From the NCBI GenBank assembly GCA_905235635.1, contig CAJOMC010000003.1:15018-79017 (forward strand): DNA of 64,000 nt, in the 5' to 3' direction. The notes beneath the pieces are model-generated. The model had not been told where the DNA came from. It saw only the letters and a list, made by a program, of their open reading frames with translations, and searched no databases. How positions within the stretch are numbered: position 1 is the first letter of the stretch; each line of letters opens with the position of its first letter. Of this stretch, positions 1 through 10,420 are shown in pieces. Origin of the DNA: an uncultured Bacilli bacterium (GTDB lineage: Bacteria > Bacillota_I > Bacilli_A > Izemoplasmatales > UBA1188). The translations under genes were made by a program, and so were the position numbers.

Positions 1-1
1 T

Positions 2-454
2 AATGCAGTATTTAGTGAAAGAGGTGTTAATCTTCCATTTGAAGTTGGTACTATGATTGAAGTACCACGTGCTGCACTCCTCGCAGATGAAATCGCTAAA
101 GAAGCAGAATTCTTCTCATTTGGTACTAACGACTTAACACAAATGACATTTGGATTCTCACGTGATGACGCTGGTAAATTCCTTGAAGATTACTATACTA
201 AGAAAATATTTGAATCTGACCCATTCGCTCACCTTGACACAAATGGTGTAGGCAAGTTAATCAAACATGCTGTTGAAGCTGGTAGAAGTACTCGTCCAAG
301 CCTCCATTGCGGTATCTGTGGTGAACATGGTGGTGATCCATCTTCTATCGAATTCTGCCACAATGCTGGTTTATCTTATGTTTCTTGCTCTCCATTTAGA
401 GTTCCAATCGCTCGTTTAGCCGCAGCTCAAGCACAAGTTAAAAACCCTAGATAA
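2..454 (+). CDS. ppdK: pyruvate, phosphate dikinase, C-terminal fragment (5' end lies outside the window)
   Basis: Frame is open from base 2. Translation ...[41 protein letters not shown]...[18 protein letters not shown]...[17 protein letters not shown] matches the PEP-utilising TIM-barrel C-terminus of PPDK. A terminator hairpin follows. Confidence 0.9.
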   Translation, partial: NAVFSERGVNLPFEVGTMIEVPRAALLADEIAKEAEFFSFGTNDLTQMTFGFSRDDAGKFLEDYYTKKIFESDPFAHLDTNGVGKLIKHAVEAGRSTRPSLHCGICGEHGGDPSSIEFCHNAGLSYVSCSPFRVPIARLAAAQAQVKNPR

Positions 455-469
455 TTAATCAATAATATT

Positions 470-500
470 AAAGAGGCTCATTAATTTGAGTCTCTTTTAT
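470..500 (+). terminator. rho-independent terminator after ppdK
   Basis: AAAGAGGCTCA / TGAGTCTCTTT stem (one G-U pair), loop TTAATT, followed by a T-rich tail. Confidence 0.7.
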
Positions 501-534
501 AATACTTATAGTAAAATATTAATAAGAGGTTTTT

Positions 535-1461
535 ATGAAGAGTGTTTTTGTGCTTGGTGGAATAAATATGGATTACATAATTCACGTTGATAAAATACCA
601 TCACCTGGTGAATCTAAACCTGGTTATGATTTTTTATATTCACAAGGGGGTAAAGGTGCAAACCAGGCGATTGCCGCAAAGAAACTAGGAGTAAATAATG
701 TCTATATGATCGCATCATTAGGAGACGATTATATAAAGGATTTACTATTAAAATCAATTAAATCATATGATATAGATATAAGTGGCGTTCAAATTAATGG
801 GGATACCTCTCCTACTTGTATGATTACATTTGATGATTCAATTAAAGATAATTTCGTAATAATAAATGATGGATCAAATATATTAGTTAATAAATATAAA
901 GTAGAATCATTCTTAAAGGAAAAGGCTAAACCTGGCGATATCTTTATGACTGTGCTTGAGAATAATGTAGATGCAGTATATCATTCTCTTCTTATCGCAA
1001 AATCTCTAAATATGTATACGATATTTAACGCAGCACCTGCGCAAAAACTAGATGATTCTATCTATAAATATGCAGATTTATTAGTAGTGAATGAATCGGA
1101 GTGTTATACTCTTTCAGGAATTAAAGTTATAAATGAAGAAGATGCGATTATGGCGTATAACTTCTTTTATGAAAGAGGAACTGAAGATTTAATTATTACT
1201 CTTGGAGACAAGGGTTCATACTATATAAAAGATAGTATAGTTTATTATACAAAAGCGTTAATTAAAGATACGGTTGATACAACATCTGCGGGTGATACAT
1301 TTATTGGCGCTATCGCATCAAGACTATCTTTGGGTGATACAATTACCAATTCTTTAAAATTTAGTTCAGTAGCTTCATCAATCACGGTATCAAGAAAAGG
1401 GTCATCCATTTCTATTCCAAGCCTGGATGAAGTTTTAAGTTTAATAGATAAGAATAAATAA
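535..1461 (+). CDS. rbsK: ribokinase (PfkB family sugar kinase)
   Basis: GGKGANQA and DTTSAGDTFIGA signature motifs; 308 aa; AAGAGG SD 5 nt upstream of the ATG. Confidence 0.85.
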   Translation: MKSVFVLGGINMDYIIHVDKIPSPGESKPGYDFLYSQGGKGANQAIAAKKLGVNNVYMIASLGDDYIKDLLLKSIKSYDIDISGVQINGDTSPTCMITFDDSIKDNFVIINDGSNILVNKYKVESFLKEKAKPGDIFMTVLENNVDAVYHSLLIAKSLNMYTIFNAAPAQKLDDSIYKYADLLVVNESECYTLSGIKVINEEDAIMAYNFFYERGTEDLIITLGDKGSYYIKDSIVYYTKALIKDTVDTTSAGDTFIGAIASRLSLGDTITNSLKFSSVASSITVSRKGSSISIPSLDEVLSLIDKNK

Positions 1462-1508
1462 TTTAGGTTTATAATATTATTAGAATATTATAATTCATGG
1501 AGTTTCAT

Positions 1509-2237
1509 ATGGATAAAGATACTATCAAAATTGGTGTTCCATTTAAAGGCATGATAGGGCATAGAGGATGCGCAGGACTTGAGACTGAGAATACTCTTAA
1601 AGCTTTTAATGAAGGAGGATCTCGTTCATATATTGGTCTTGAATGTGACGTACATCCAACACTTGATGGTTTTATTGTGGTAAATCATGATGAAACACTT
1701 GAAAGAGTAGTTGGGAATAAAGCAATAATAAATAAGATGAATTTTAGTGAATTAAGAGAAATTCCGTTCCCCGATAAATCAAACAATAACGAGATTAATC
1801 CTTTAATACGTTTACCACTTCTTGAAGAATATCTTGATGTGTGTATTAAATATAACAAGATTCCAGTAGTAGAACTTAAACAAACTCTCAAATCTAAAGA
1901 TATTAATAAAGTGCTTGAGATAGTAAATAGTAAACACTTAATGGATAAAGTTATCTTTATCTCATTTTTCCCCGGATATTTAACTAAGATTAGAAGAAAA
2001 CTACCTAATGTACAAATACAGTTCTTATCTCAAAAATGGAGTGAAGGGGTATTTAATTTATGTACTCACTTTAATTTTGGCATTGACCTTGAACACACAG
2101 AGTGTACAAAAGAAGTAATAGATAAAATGCATAGTAAAGGACTAAAAGTGAATGTATATACCGTAGATGATAAGGATGAAGCACTAAGACTTATCTCATA
2201 TGGTATAGACTTTATCACTTCAAATATACTTGAATAA
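1509..2237 (+). CDS. glpQ: glycerophosphodiester phosphodiesterase
   Basis: GHRG..ENT..ECDV..VVNHDETLER motifs of the GDPD family. GGAG at 1499-1502 sits 6 nt before the ATG at 1509, so this start is preferred over the track start at 1497. Confidence 0.8.
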   Translation: MDKDTIKIGVPFKGMIGHRGCAGLETENTLKAFNEGGSRSYIGLECDVHPTLDGFIVVNHDETLERVVGNKAIINKMNFSELREIPFPDKSNNNEINPLIRLPLLEEYLDVCIKYNKIPVVELKQTLKSKDINKVLEIVNSKHLMDKVIFISFFPGYLTKIRRKLPNVQIQFLSQKWSEGVFNLCTHFNFGIDLEHTECTKEVIDKMHSKGLKVNVYTVDDKDEALRLISYGIDFITSNILE

Positions 2238-3073
2238 TGAATAAAAATTTATATAGCGCATTAATAAATGAAATAAATAACGAGATGTTGTTTATAACAT
2301 TCAACTATAATGCAAACTATCTTTCAAGAGATATAATTAATAAATTTGAGGAAAAAGAATTTAGAGATTTATCATCATCTAGATATTTAAAGAAGTTGAT
2401 CAAGCAATTTCTTGAATATTCAGATGAAATAGGTAATTTTATCACTCCCGATGAAATTGATATCTTAAGAAAGGGAGAATTTAATAAAAGTAATTTATTA
2501 TATCTTTATGATAAGATGACTCCATATCTTGAATCATATATTAAATTGCTTGATGAATTTGGTTCTAAAATAAGCTCAACGCTAGATACTAAAAGGCTCT
2601 CTAGCGGTTATACTGGTAAATTTCCCCTATATATGATATTAAGCGAGAATAAGTTAACACTTGAGCGCGCCTATATTCTTACTAACGCAAAAACGGTTTT
2701 AAGCAAACAATCAAAGAAATTTGGATTCTATGTATCATATGTAGATTATGACATAAAACTAGACAATTATCACTTAGATGGTTTCGATTTAAGAGATAGA
2801 TCTATTAATGAGATAATTGATTATGTAGATAAAAAATCCTTTAAATTCGATATGAACAGTTCAACCTACTATGAGACAGATACAATCGAATTTAAAGAAA
2901 ATATGGAGTATAGCTTAGGAGAACTGTCATTCTTCCTAGATAAAAAGAGACAGACCTTTAATGGGCTTAAGGCTGCCTTCAAACAAAGTTTTAAGACAGT
3001 GGGTATTTCCATCTTAATTCTTGTGGTATTTTTGGTTTTTTATTTTTTATATAGATATTTTATAAGGAGATAA
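2237..3073 (+). CDS. hypothetical protein with a single C-terminal transmembrane anchor
   Basis: 278-aa ORF. Its start overlaps the glpQ stop (TAATG). The C-terminus VGISILILVVFLVFYFLYRYF is strongly hydrophobic. No family recognised. Confidence 0.6.
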   Translation: MNKNLYSALINEINNEMLFITFNYNANYLSRDIINKFEEKEFRDLSSSRYLKKLIKQFLEYSDEIGNFITPDEIDILRKGEFNKSNLLYLYDKMTPYLESYIKLLDEFGSKISSTLDTKRLSSGYTGKFPLYMILSENKLTLERAYILTNAKTVLSKQSKKFGFYVSYVDYDIKLDNYHLDGFDLRDRSINEIIDYVDKKSFKFDMNSSTYYETDTIEFKENMEYSLGELSFFLDKKRQTFNGLKAAFKQSFKTVGISILILVVFLVFYFLYRYFIRR

Positions 3074-3078
3074 TATAA

Positions 3079-4797
3079 ATGAACGAAAAAGAATACGAGT
3101 TATGGCTACATGAAGCGAAAAATGATCCTGAATTAATGAAAGGGCTCAAAGCTCAAAGCAAGGAAGAAAGAGAAGAAGCTTTCACAGGTGAACTAACATT
3201 TGGTACTGGTGGTATGAGAGGAATCATGGGATATGGTCCTAATAGAATGAGTGCTTATACCTTAAGAAAGGCTAATTATGGTTTAGCCAAATTCTTATTA
3301 AAGAATTATAAGAGCGATGCATATAGAGGAGTCGTTATATCACATGATGGTAGATTAAACTCTCGTAATTTTGCCTTTGAATGCGCAAGCGTACTTGGCG
3401 CATTCGGTATCAAGTCATTCCTCTTTGACTCATTAAGAACTACCCCTGAATTATCATTTAGTGTAAGATACGTAAACGCAATCGCAGGTATAATGGTAAC
3501 CGCTTCTCATAACCCACCAAAATATAATGGTTATAAGATTTATAATGAAGATGGATGCCAGTATACTCCATTTTATGCAGACCAAATAATAGATGAGATT
3601 AAACAAATTGATAATATCTTTAAAATCCCAAGACTTTCAATTGAAGACTTAGAAAATATGGGACTTATAAAGATATTATCTAATGATGTAGATAGAGCTT
3701 TCCTTGATATATCAAAGACTGTACTACTTCGTCCAAATGATGAAAAGAAGATTAAATTAGTTTATACTCCACTTCATGGATGTGGTAACCCAACAGTAAG
3801 AGATGCACTAGTAGAAAATGGATTTGACGTAACATGTGTTGAAAAACAAATGGTACATGACCCATCTTTTAAGACTGTTAAATCACCTAACCCAGAAGAT
3901 CCAAGAGCGTTCGAACTCGCGAGTGAACTAGGTCATAAAATTAAGGCAGACTTACTGCTTGCGACTGACCCAGACGCAGATAGAGTTGGTATTGGTGTAT
4001 ATAATGGAACAGATTATGTATATTTATCTGGTAACCAAACAGGCGCGCTTCTTGTTTACTATAGATTAAACACTATGAAAGAATTAGGTATTCTTCCGAA
4101 GAAAGGAAAATTCTTTGATACTGTAGTTACATCTGACCTTGCGGCAAAAATCGCAAAGTCATTCGGTTACTCACGCATTCAAACATTAACTGGTTTTAAA
4201 TACATTGGTGAACAAGCTAAACTCCTTGAGGGAACTGATGAAGCATATATCTTTGGATATGAAGAATCATTCGGTTATATAATAAAAGATTACGTTAGAG
4301 ATAAAGACTCTATTCAATCATGTCTTGCGATATCTGAGATGGCAAATTATTACCTTAATAAGGGAAAGAATTTATGCCAAGTACTAGATGAAATTTATGA
4401 TAAATATGGCTACTTTAAAGAATTTACTAGGTCTACTTACTTTGAAGGAGTAGAAGGCCCAAAAACTATGGCTAATCTAATGGAATATTTTAGAAATGAG
4501 GAAATTACTCAAATTGGTGGTCTAAAAGTATTACTTAAAGAAGACTATGAGACTCAAGTTGGATATCAACTAAACACAGGTAAGAATTACCAAATAAAAT
4601 TACCTAAATCTAACGTATTAAAATTCTATTTAGAAAACGAATGTTGGGTTGTGCTTCGTCCATCAGGAACTGAACCTAAACTCAAAATTTACTTTGAAGT
4701 TAAAACACCATCAGAAGCAGAATCTGAAGCACTCCTTCTTAAGTTAGATGGTGAAGTATTCGATAAAATTAAAGAATTATCTGGAATAGATGGTTAA
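3079..4797 (+). CDS. pgcA: phosphoglucomutase / phosphomannomutase (alpha-D-phosphohexomutase)
   Basis: TASHNPPKYNGYK phosphoserine loop; 572 aa, typical of Firmicute PgcA; AAGGAG SD upstream. Confidence 0.9.
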   Translation: MNEKEYELWLHEAKNDPELMKGLKAQSKEEREEAFTGELTFGTGGMRGIMGYGPNRMSAYTLRKANYGLAKFLLKNYKSDAYRGVVISHDGRLNSRNFAFECASVLGAFGIKSFLFDSLRTTPELSFSVRYVNAIAGIMVTASHNPPKYNGYKIYNEDGCQYTPFYADQIIDEIKQIDNIFKIPRLSIEDLENMGLIKILSNDVDRAFLDISKTVLLRPNDEKKIKLVYTPLHGCGNPTVRDALVENGFDVTCVEKQMVHDPSFKTVKSPNPEDPRAFELASELGHKIKADLLLATDPDADRVGIGVYNGTDYVYLSGNQTGALLVYYRLNTMKELGILPKKGKFFDTVVTSDLAAKIAKSFGYSRIQTLTGFKYIGEQAKLLEGTDEAYIFGYEESFGYIIKDYVRDKDSIQSCLAISEMANYYLNKGKNLCQVLDEIYDKYGYFKEFTRSTYFEGVEGPKTMANLMEYFRNEEITQIGGLKVLLKEDYETQVGYQLNTGKNYQIKLPKSNVLKFYLENECWVVLRPSGTEPKLKIYFEVKTPSEAESEALLLKLDGEVFDKIKELSGIDG

Positions 4798-4999
4798 TTT
4801 TTTAGTATCAACTATCGCAAAAATTGCGATAGTTCTAGGAATTATATTAGTATTCTTATTTATTACCATATTAAATATTAAAATTAAGAAACCTGACTAT
4901 GATTCAACTGATCCTGATAGTCCATGTTTTAGTTGCGCTAAGAAGTCTAGTTGTTTTTTCATTAATAAGGAAGATGATGAGGATTTAAGTCATGAATAA
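4790..4999 (+). CDS. small membrane protein with a Cys-rich acidic tail
   Basis: 69 aa with an N-terminal TM helix (IAKIAIVLGIILVFLFITIL), then SPCFSCAKKSSC and an acidic tail. It overlaps the pgcA stop by 8 nt and the ung start by 8 nt. Confidence 0.55.
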   Translation: MVNFLVSTIAKIAIVLGIILVFLFITILNIKIKKPDYDSTDPDSPCFSCAKKSSCFFINKEDDEDLSHE

Positions 5000-5669
5000 G
5001 CATATAGGCAATTCTTGGGATATAGTATTAAACGATGAGTTTAATAAAGAATATTTTAAAAAGTTAGAAGAAAGAATAGATAATGAGTATGATACATATC
5101 TTTGTCATCCAGATAAAGATTTAATCTTTAATGCATTTATCTTGACCCCAATTGAAAAGATAAAAGTGGTTATAATTGGTCAAGATCCCTACTTCAACGA
5201 AAACCAAGCAATGGGATTATCATTTAGTGTAAAAGAAGGAATTAAAAAGCCACCATCTCTTGAAAATATCTTTAAAGAGATGCAGAATGATGTCAATCTT
5301 GAAATCCCAAAATCTGGCGATTTAACGCTACTCGCAAAAGAAGGAGTATTCCTTCTTAATGCGACACTCTCTGTAAGAGATAAAGAACCACTTTCGCACA
5401 AAGGATTAGGATGGGAAACTTTCACTGATAATGTTATTTCTTTATTAAATAAGGTTGAAAGACCCATAGTATTTATACTTTGGGGTAATAATGCAAAAGA
5501 AAAAGAAAGGCTAATTACATCCTCACATCACCTGATTATAAAGTCTTCACACCCATCCCCACTTGGGGCATACAATGGTTTTTTTAATTCAAAACCATTT
5601 TCAAGAGCGAATAAATTTTTAATGAGTAATTCAATTTCTCCGGTTGATTGGAATATAATTGAGGAATAG
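4992..5669 (+). CDS. ung: uracil-DNA glycosylase
   Basis: GQDPY water-activating loop and HPSPL motif; 225 aa. Confidence 0.92.
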   Translation: MNKHIGNSWDIVLNDEFNKEYFKKLEERIDNEYDTYLCHPDKDLIFNAFILTPIEKIKVVIIGQDPYFNENQAMGLSFSVKEGIKKPPSLENIFKEMQNDVNLEIPKSGDLTLLAKEGVFLLNATLSVRDKEPLSHKGLGWETFTDNVISLLNKVERPIVFILWGNNAKEKERLITSSHHLIIKSSHPSPLGAYNGFFNSKPFSRANKFLMSNSISPVDWNIIEE

Positions 5670-5673
5670 ATGT

Positions 5674-5709
5674 AAAATAGACAGATTCAGTTCCGAATCT
5701 GTCTATTTT
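5674..5709. terminator. bidirectional terminator between ung (+) and the GH13 gene (-)
   Basis: Perfect 15-bp stem AAAATAGACAGATTC / GAATCTGTCTATTTT with a 6-nt loop; A/T runs on both sides. Confidence 0.85.
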
Positions 5710-5717
5710 AATGTCAA

Positions 5718-7769
5718 TTATAGTTCGAATATTTTAACTTCACCACTTCCAAGATAACAATATAAATCACCATTTACATTGAAATCGTAGAAGTCTCTTG
5801 GCATTTCATATGTGCCGTAAATGAGTCTAGCTTTCGTCTCAATATTCTTTGATTTTTGTCTTAATACATCAAGGTATACATTAACGTATTCACCACCCCA
5901 CATATTGGAGTTGCCAATTATAATAAGACATTTATTAGTATCTTTATTAAAGTATGATATACCTATTAAGTGTTGATTATCATTGTAGAAATGAAGTTGA
6001 ACATAGTTGGATAGATTAGTAATTTGATCAACCCATTTTTCTCTTGCCTTAACCACATCTTTCAAGTGATTTACTATCTCACTTGAAGTTTGGTGAGAAT
6101 AATGGAAGGCATATTTATCAAATAACGCTAGTTTTCCATAGAAGAGGTCATCCTTTGGAAGAGCGAGCAAATCAGTTTGATCTGCATCAACACCTGTATT
6201 CATTGGTTCAGCTTCATACACTTCTTGACCACTATTGATGAATGGAATTGAATTAGGGATGAAGTAGTTTAGAATTGTTAAGAACCTTGTGAGTTTGCCT
6301 CCGCCCTCTCTTTTTGTAATACGTCTCGTATCATGTGTTTCTCCACATGCAAAGGCAGGAATAACTTTTTCAGGCAACATATTTATAAACTTCTTTAGTT
6401 CTCCTTCTGATACTCTAGGTTCAGCCCAGAAACCATTACCTATCATAGCGTTATAGCCTTTTTCTTTCGCGGAAATATCATTTTCCATATTTAATTCTTC
6501 AGCAATAAAAGAGAAATCGCTATCAACTTTCTTAGCTTCTTCAATAATCATATCAAGGAGTTCTTTTGGAAGAGCATGACCCATATCAATTCTTGCGCCA
6601 TCAATTCCAAAATGCGTCTGGTAGAACGGAATAATGCTCGAAAGAAGTTTCCATAACTCTAGATTTGGTTTTTTACCAGGATATAAATTACTCTTGATTG
6701 TATAACATAAGATATATGGATTATGTTTAATCTTTAGATATTCTTTAGAATCTACTGGATCGTCTAGATATAATCTAAAGTATGTAACATCACTCCATGG
6801 TGGTTGAATGTCATTGATTTGGTCAGAAAATGCAGGTGCAACCCTTAAATCAAATTCTTCTTCAACCTTTTTGAGGAATTTAACAGTATCTTTTTCTTTA
6901 ATTGAGTTCCATTTTTCCTCATCTACTTCAAGCGGATTCTTTTCAAACATTTTTATATGTCTTAATACATCACTTGATTCATATACCTGTTTCATCCATT
7001 GTTTACTTGGATATGTTGTATCAGGAATTGATTCTACAAATGGCACACGATAGTTGTGAGCCTCACTTGCCTTAATCCAGTAGAACCAGTCAGGGTGATC
7101 TTTAATTAAATCAGATACAACAGAATTAGTTCTAGGGATTATATCAATAGTTACTCTAATACCTAAGATATGGCACGCTTCAACTAAAGCTGCGAATTCT
7201 TCTTCAAGAGTTGTATCATCTCCTGTCATTACCTCTTTTAACATTGGGTCTAGTTCAGTAAATGATTGAACACTGTATGGACTTCCAAGCTCACCCTTTT
7301 TATCCTTAAGTGCATATTTAGAGAGTGGAAGTAAATATAATACTGTAACACCCATACGTTTAAGAAGAGGAAGAAGAGCTAAAGTCTTAACAAATGTACC
7401 TGTTTCTTTAAGTCCATCTAAGTTAGATATATCAAGCGAATAACTTCTATCGCTATCCCAAGATGAAGATGATCTAACCATCATAGAATATAGAACACTC
7501 TTTTTAATCCAGTCACCATTTGTATCTTTTAGTTTTAGTGCCTTTGATAGTGATTTAGAATAATCGATTCCCTTTTCCTTCTTTGGAAGAATATATTCCT
7601 CTATTACAGCGCTATAAAAATCATATGGGTTAACCATAACCTCATTTTGAGGTAACTCTTTGTGCTCAATATGATAGTCCTCAAGAAACCAGAGTTTTGG
7701 CACAGTATAATTAATTTTCTCTTTCTTTCTTTTCTTTAGAGATTCTAATACTTTTTTTAGTTCGCTCAT
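5718..7769 (-). CDS. GH13 alpha-amylase-family glucan-active enzyme (subfamily not assignable by eye)
   Basis: GIDGARIDMGHALP (GH13 region II), FIAEEL (region III Glu), CGETHDT (region IV); 683 aa; no signal peptide. Confidence 0.75.
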   Translation of the reverse strand: MSELKKVLESLKKRKKEKINYTVPKLWFLEDYHIEHKELPQNEVMVNPYDFYSAVIEEYILPKKEKGIDYSKSLSKALKLKDTNGDWIKKSVLYSMMVRSSSSWDSDRSYSLDISNLDGLKETGTFVKTLALLPLLKRMGVTVLYLLPLSKYALKDKKGELGSPYSVQSFTELDPMLKEVMTGDDTTLEEEFAALVEACHILGIRVTIDIIPRTNSVVSDLIKDHPDWFYWIKASEAHNYRVPFVESIPDTTYPSKQWMKQVYESSDVLRHIKMFEKNPLEVDEEKWNSIKEKDTVKFLKKVEEEFDLRVAPAFSDQINDIQPPWSDVTYFRLYLDDPVDSKEYLKIKHNPYILCYTIKSNLYPGKKPNLELWKLLSSIIPFYQTHFGIDGARIDMGHALPKELLDMIIEEAKKVDSDFSFIAEELNMENDISAKEKGYNAMIGNGFWAEPRVSEGELKKFINMLPEKVIPAFACGETHDTRRITKREGGGKLTRFLTILNYFIPNSIPFINSGQEVYEAEPMNTGVDADQTDLLALPKDDLFYGKLALFDKYAFHYSHQTSSEIVNHLKDVVKAREKWVDQITNLSNYVQLHFYNDNQHLIGISYFNKDTNKCLIIIGNSNMWGGEYVNVYLDVLRQKSKNIETKARLIYGTYEMPRDFYDFNVNGDLYCYLGSGEVKIFEL

Positions 7770-7823
7770 ATAATCCTCGTAAAAAATAATGATACTATTT
7801 ATAAATAAATAATATCATACAAA

Positions 7824-7852
7824 TTGACTTATATCAACGCAGTGAGTATAAT
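7824..7852 (+). promoter_or_regulatory. sigma-A-type promoter for the membrane-protein/eno transcription unit
   Basis: TTGACT, 17-nt spacer, TATAAT. AAGGAG SD at 7863-7868 lies 7 nt before the TTG start at 7876. Confidence 0.6.
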
Positions 7853-7875
7853 AATTATGATAAAGGAGAATAGGT

Positions 7876-8331
7876 TTGAATAAGACAAAAGATATAGTTT
7901 ATGTAACATTCATGGGACTTATTATGTTTCTATCTGGTTCTATTCTTTTAGGTGGAATTAGATTCGTTATTAACCTAATATTTCCGATTGATTTTATCTC
8001 GATATTAATCTATTTTATGTTGGTTAGATTTTTAACTAAATTAGTTATGAGAGGAGTTAATACTAGGTGTCTTTATTACTCGATATATCTACCGACACTA
8101 TCCGTGTTAATGTATCTGCTTGTTGGACCAATATACACCTTTATCTTATTACTTGTCGCAGGTAATTCATTCTTTAGTAGCCTAGCATATACTTTTATAT
8201 CTTATATTGATTCGTTTATTAGTGGATTCACTGGTGAACCACTTCAAATTATGTTAAGTATATTCTACCTATTTATTGAAATACTTGTGCTTTCACTTGG
8301 TGTTCGTGATAGTTATAGATTAACAAAATAA
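7876..8331 (+). CDS. polytopic small membrane protein, unknown function
   Basis: 151 aa with about four hydrophobic helices; TTG start with a strong SD; immediately upstream of eno. Confidence 0.6.
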   Translation: MNKTKDIVYVTFMGLIMFLSGSILLGGIRFVINLIFPIDFISILIYFMLVRFLTKLVMRGVNTRCLYYSIYLPTLSVLMYLLVGPIYTFILLLVAGNSFFSSLAYTFISYIDSFISGFTGEPLQIMLSIFYLFIEILVLSLGVRDSYRLTK

Positions 8332-8357
8332 AATATATTTAAGGACGGAGGATAAAA

Positions 8358-9641
8358 ATGCCTTATATTGTTGATGTAGTCGCAAGAGAAGTACTTGATT
8401 CAAGAGGAAACCCTACAGTTGAATGCGACGTTTATACTGAATCAGGATTTTGTGGTTCAGCAATTGTACCATCTGGAGCTTCTACTGGTAAAAATGAAGC
8501 TTTAGAATTAAGAGATGGTGACAAATCACGCTACCTTGGAAAAGGTGTGCTAAAAGCCGTTAATAACGTTAATACTGAAATCAGAGAAGCTATTAATGGT
8601 ATGGACGTTAGAGAACAAGTTTTAATCGATCATAAGATGATGGAACTTGATGGAACACCTAATAAGTCTAGACTTGGTGCTAATGCTATTCTAGCTGTAT
8701 CTATGGCTTGTGCACGTGCTGCGGCTGAATATAGCGGTCTTCCATTATTTAGATATCTTGGTGGATATGGCGCAATGAACCTACCTACTCCAATGATGAA
8801 CATCATGAATGGTGGTGTACACGCTGATAACTCACTTGATATCCAAGAATTCATGATTATGCCTGTAGGCGCTAAAAATGTAAGAGAAGCCATTAGAATG
8901 GGTGCTGAAACATTCCACGCTTTAAAGTCTATCTTAAAGAAAGCTGGTATGGTTACATCTGTAGGTGATGAAGGTGGATTTGCACCTAACGTATCTACTA
9001 CAGAAGAAGCTATTGAATACATTATGCAAGCTATTAAAAATGCAGGATATGTACCTGGAATAGATATCTGCCTCGCATGCGATGTTGCAGCTGACTCAAT
9101 CTATGATGAAGAACATCACAATTATCATATCGATGGCGTAATCAAATCTACAGATGAAATGATTGAATTCTATAAGAATCTATGTGAAAAATATCCACTC
9201 ATTTCTATTGAAGATGGTCTTGTAGAAGATGATTATGAAGGTTGGAAGAAGTTAACTAAAGCACTAGGTGATAAGGTTCAACTAGTTGGTGATGACTTAT
9301 TCGTTACAGATGCTAAGAGACTCGCTAAAGGTATTGAAGGTGGATACGCTAATGCGATTCTAATTAAAGTTAACCAAATCGGTACTATTACAGAAACTTT
9401 CGAAACAGTTGAGATGGCTAAACGTGCTGGCTATGGAACTATTGTATCTCATAGATCTGGTGAATCTGAAGATACATTTATCGCTGATTTATCAGTAGCA
9501 TTAAACGTTCTCCAAATTAAGACTGGCTCACTCTCTAGAACTGACCGTATCGCAAAATACAATCAATTAATGAGAATCGAAGAAGAACTAGGCGCATCTG
9601 CAAAATTCCCTGGAAAATCAGGAATCAACTGCGCTAAATAA
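8358..9641 (+). CDS. eno: enolase (phosphopyruvate hydratase)
   Basis: Full-length 427 aa; [15 protein letters not shown] and IKVNQIGT motifs; strong SD (GGACGGAGGA). Confidence 0.97.
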   Translation: MPYIVDVVAREVLDSRGNPTVECDVYTESGFCGSAIVPSGASTGKNEALELRDGDKSRYLGKGVLKAVNNVNTEIREAINGMDVREQVLIDHKMMELDGTPNKSRLGANAILAVSMACARAAAEYSGLPLFRYLGGYGAMNLPTPMMNIMNGGVHADNSLDIQEFMIMPVGAKNVREAIRMGAETFHALKSILKKAGMVTSVGDEGGFAPNVSTTEEAIEYIMQAIKNAGYVPGIDICLACDVAADSIYDEEHHNYHIDGVIKSTDEMIEFYKNLCEKYPLISIEDGLVEDDYEGWKKLTKALGDKVQLVGDDLFVTDAKRLAKGIEGGYANAILIKVNQIGTITETFETVEMAKRAGYGTIVSHRSGESEDTFIADLSVALNVLQIKTGSLSRTDRIAKYNQLMRIEEELGASAKFPGKSGINCAK

Positions 9642-9660
9642 CCTATATATCTTATAGTAT

Positions 9661-9684
9661 AAAATGCCCAGAAATGGGCATTTT
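9661..9684. terminator. bidirectional terminator between eno (+) and nagB (-)
   Basis: AAAATGCCCA / TGGGCATTTT perfect stem, loop GAAA. Confidence 0.85.
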
Positions 9685-9687
9685 ATA

Positions 9688-10380
9688 CTATATTGATTTA
9701 TCTATATAAATATCTACGTTTTTATGTCTATAAAGAATGCTTGCGGGAATTGATTCATGAACTATTCCCTTTTTTAGTTCCTTTATTATATTCTTTTTAT
9801 TTTTCCCGGTTATGACCATTACAATCTTTTTAGATCTCATTATTGATTCTATTCCCATTGTGATAGCTTTTTTAGGAACTTCGTCAGTATTACTAAATAG
9901 TCTAGAATTATCTTTGATGGTAGATTCCGTTAAATCTGTCACATGTGTTAATGAATCAAATGAAGTATATGGTTCATTAAAGCCAATATGTCCATTACTA
10001 CCTATCCCAAGTATCATAATATCAATTCCACCAGCTGTTTTAATCATATCGTCATATTTATCACAGTTTTCTAGTGATGGAAGAAATGTATTATTTATGT
10101 CTATATCTATTTTGTTAAATAGATTATTATTCATATAATATCTATAACTATTTGGATTATATGAATCCAATCCAACATACTCGTCTAAATTAAAAGTTTT
10201 TGTATTTTTAAAACAAACTTCTCCCTTATTGTATGCATTCACTAATCTTTCGTAAATGCCAATAGGACTTGACCCAGTCGCAAGACCTAAGATAGGATTA
10301 GCTTTCGAGTTAACTAATCCTATAATCTCTTTAGAAATATCATCATAAATTTCGGATAAATTCTTAATGTAATAATTCAT
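9688..10380 (-). CDS. nagB: glucosamine-6-phosphate deaminase
   Basis: GLATGSSP and GIGSNGHIGFNEP motifs; 230 aa. Confidence 0.88.
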   Translation of the reverse strand: MNYYIKNLSEIYDDISKEIIGLVNSKANPILGLATGSSPIGIYERLVNAYNKGEVCFKNTKTFNLDEYVGLDSYNPNSYRYYMNNNLFNKIDIDINNTFLPSLENCDKYDDMIKTAGGIDIMILGIGSNGHIGFNEPYTSFDSLTHVTDLTESTIKDNSRLFSNTDEVPKKAITMGIESIMRSKKIVMVITGKNKKNIIKELKKGIVHESIPASILYRHKNVDIYIDKSI

Positions 10381-10420
10381 TCTATAAAATTATAACATAT
10401 TATCATATAATAAATATATA

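Noticed and set aside
8630-9022. Track ORFs lying antisense to or nested inside strong genes. Examples: 1685-1891, 5189-5467, 6808-7053, 8630-9022, 9812-10138, 11804-12019, 14982-15272, 18981-19247, 19651-19833, 20704-21069, 22601-22871, 23454-23867, 24093-24485, 25322-25786, 26587-26802, 27201-27584, 29710-29898, 31710-31934, 32364-33019, 34140-34337, 35875-36114, 38113-38349, 42424-42615, 44381-44647, 46514-46852, 55957-56205, 56683-56919, 57469-57843, 62359-62556.
   Set aside because: Each is fully overlapped by a longer ORF with clear family motifs. Their translations are low-complexity (Ser/Ile/Leu/Phe-rich), with no SD or motif. They are expected by-products of codon bias in AT-rich DNA.
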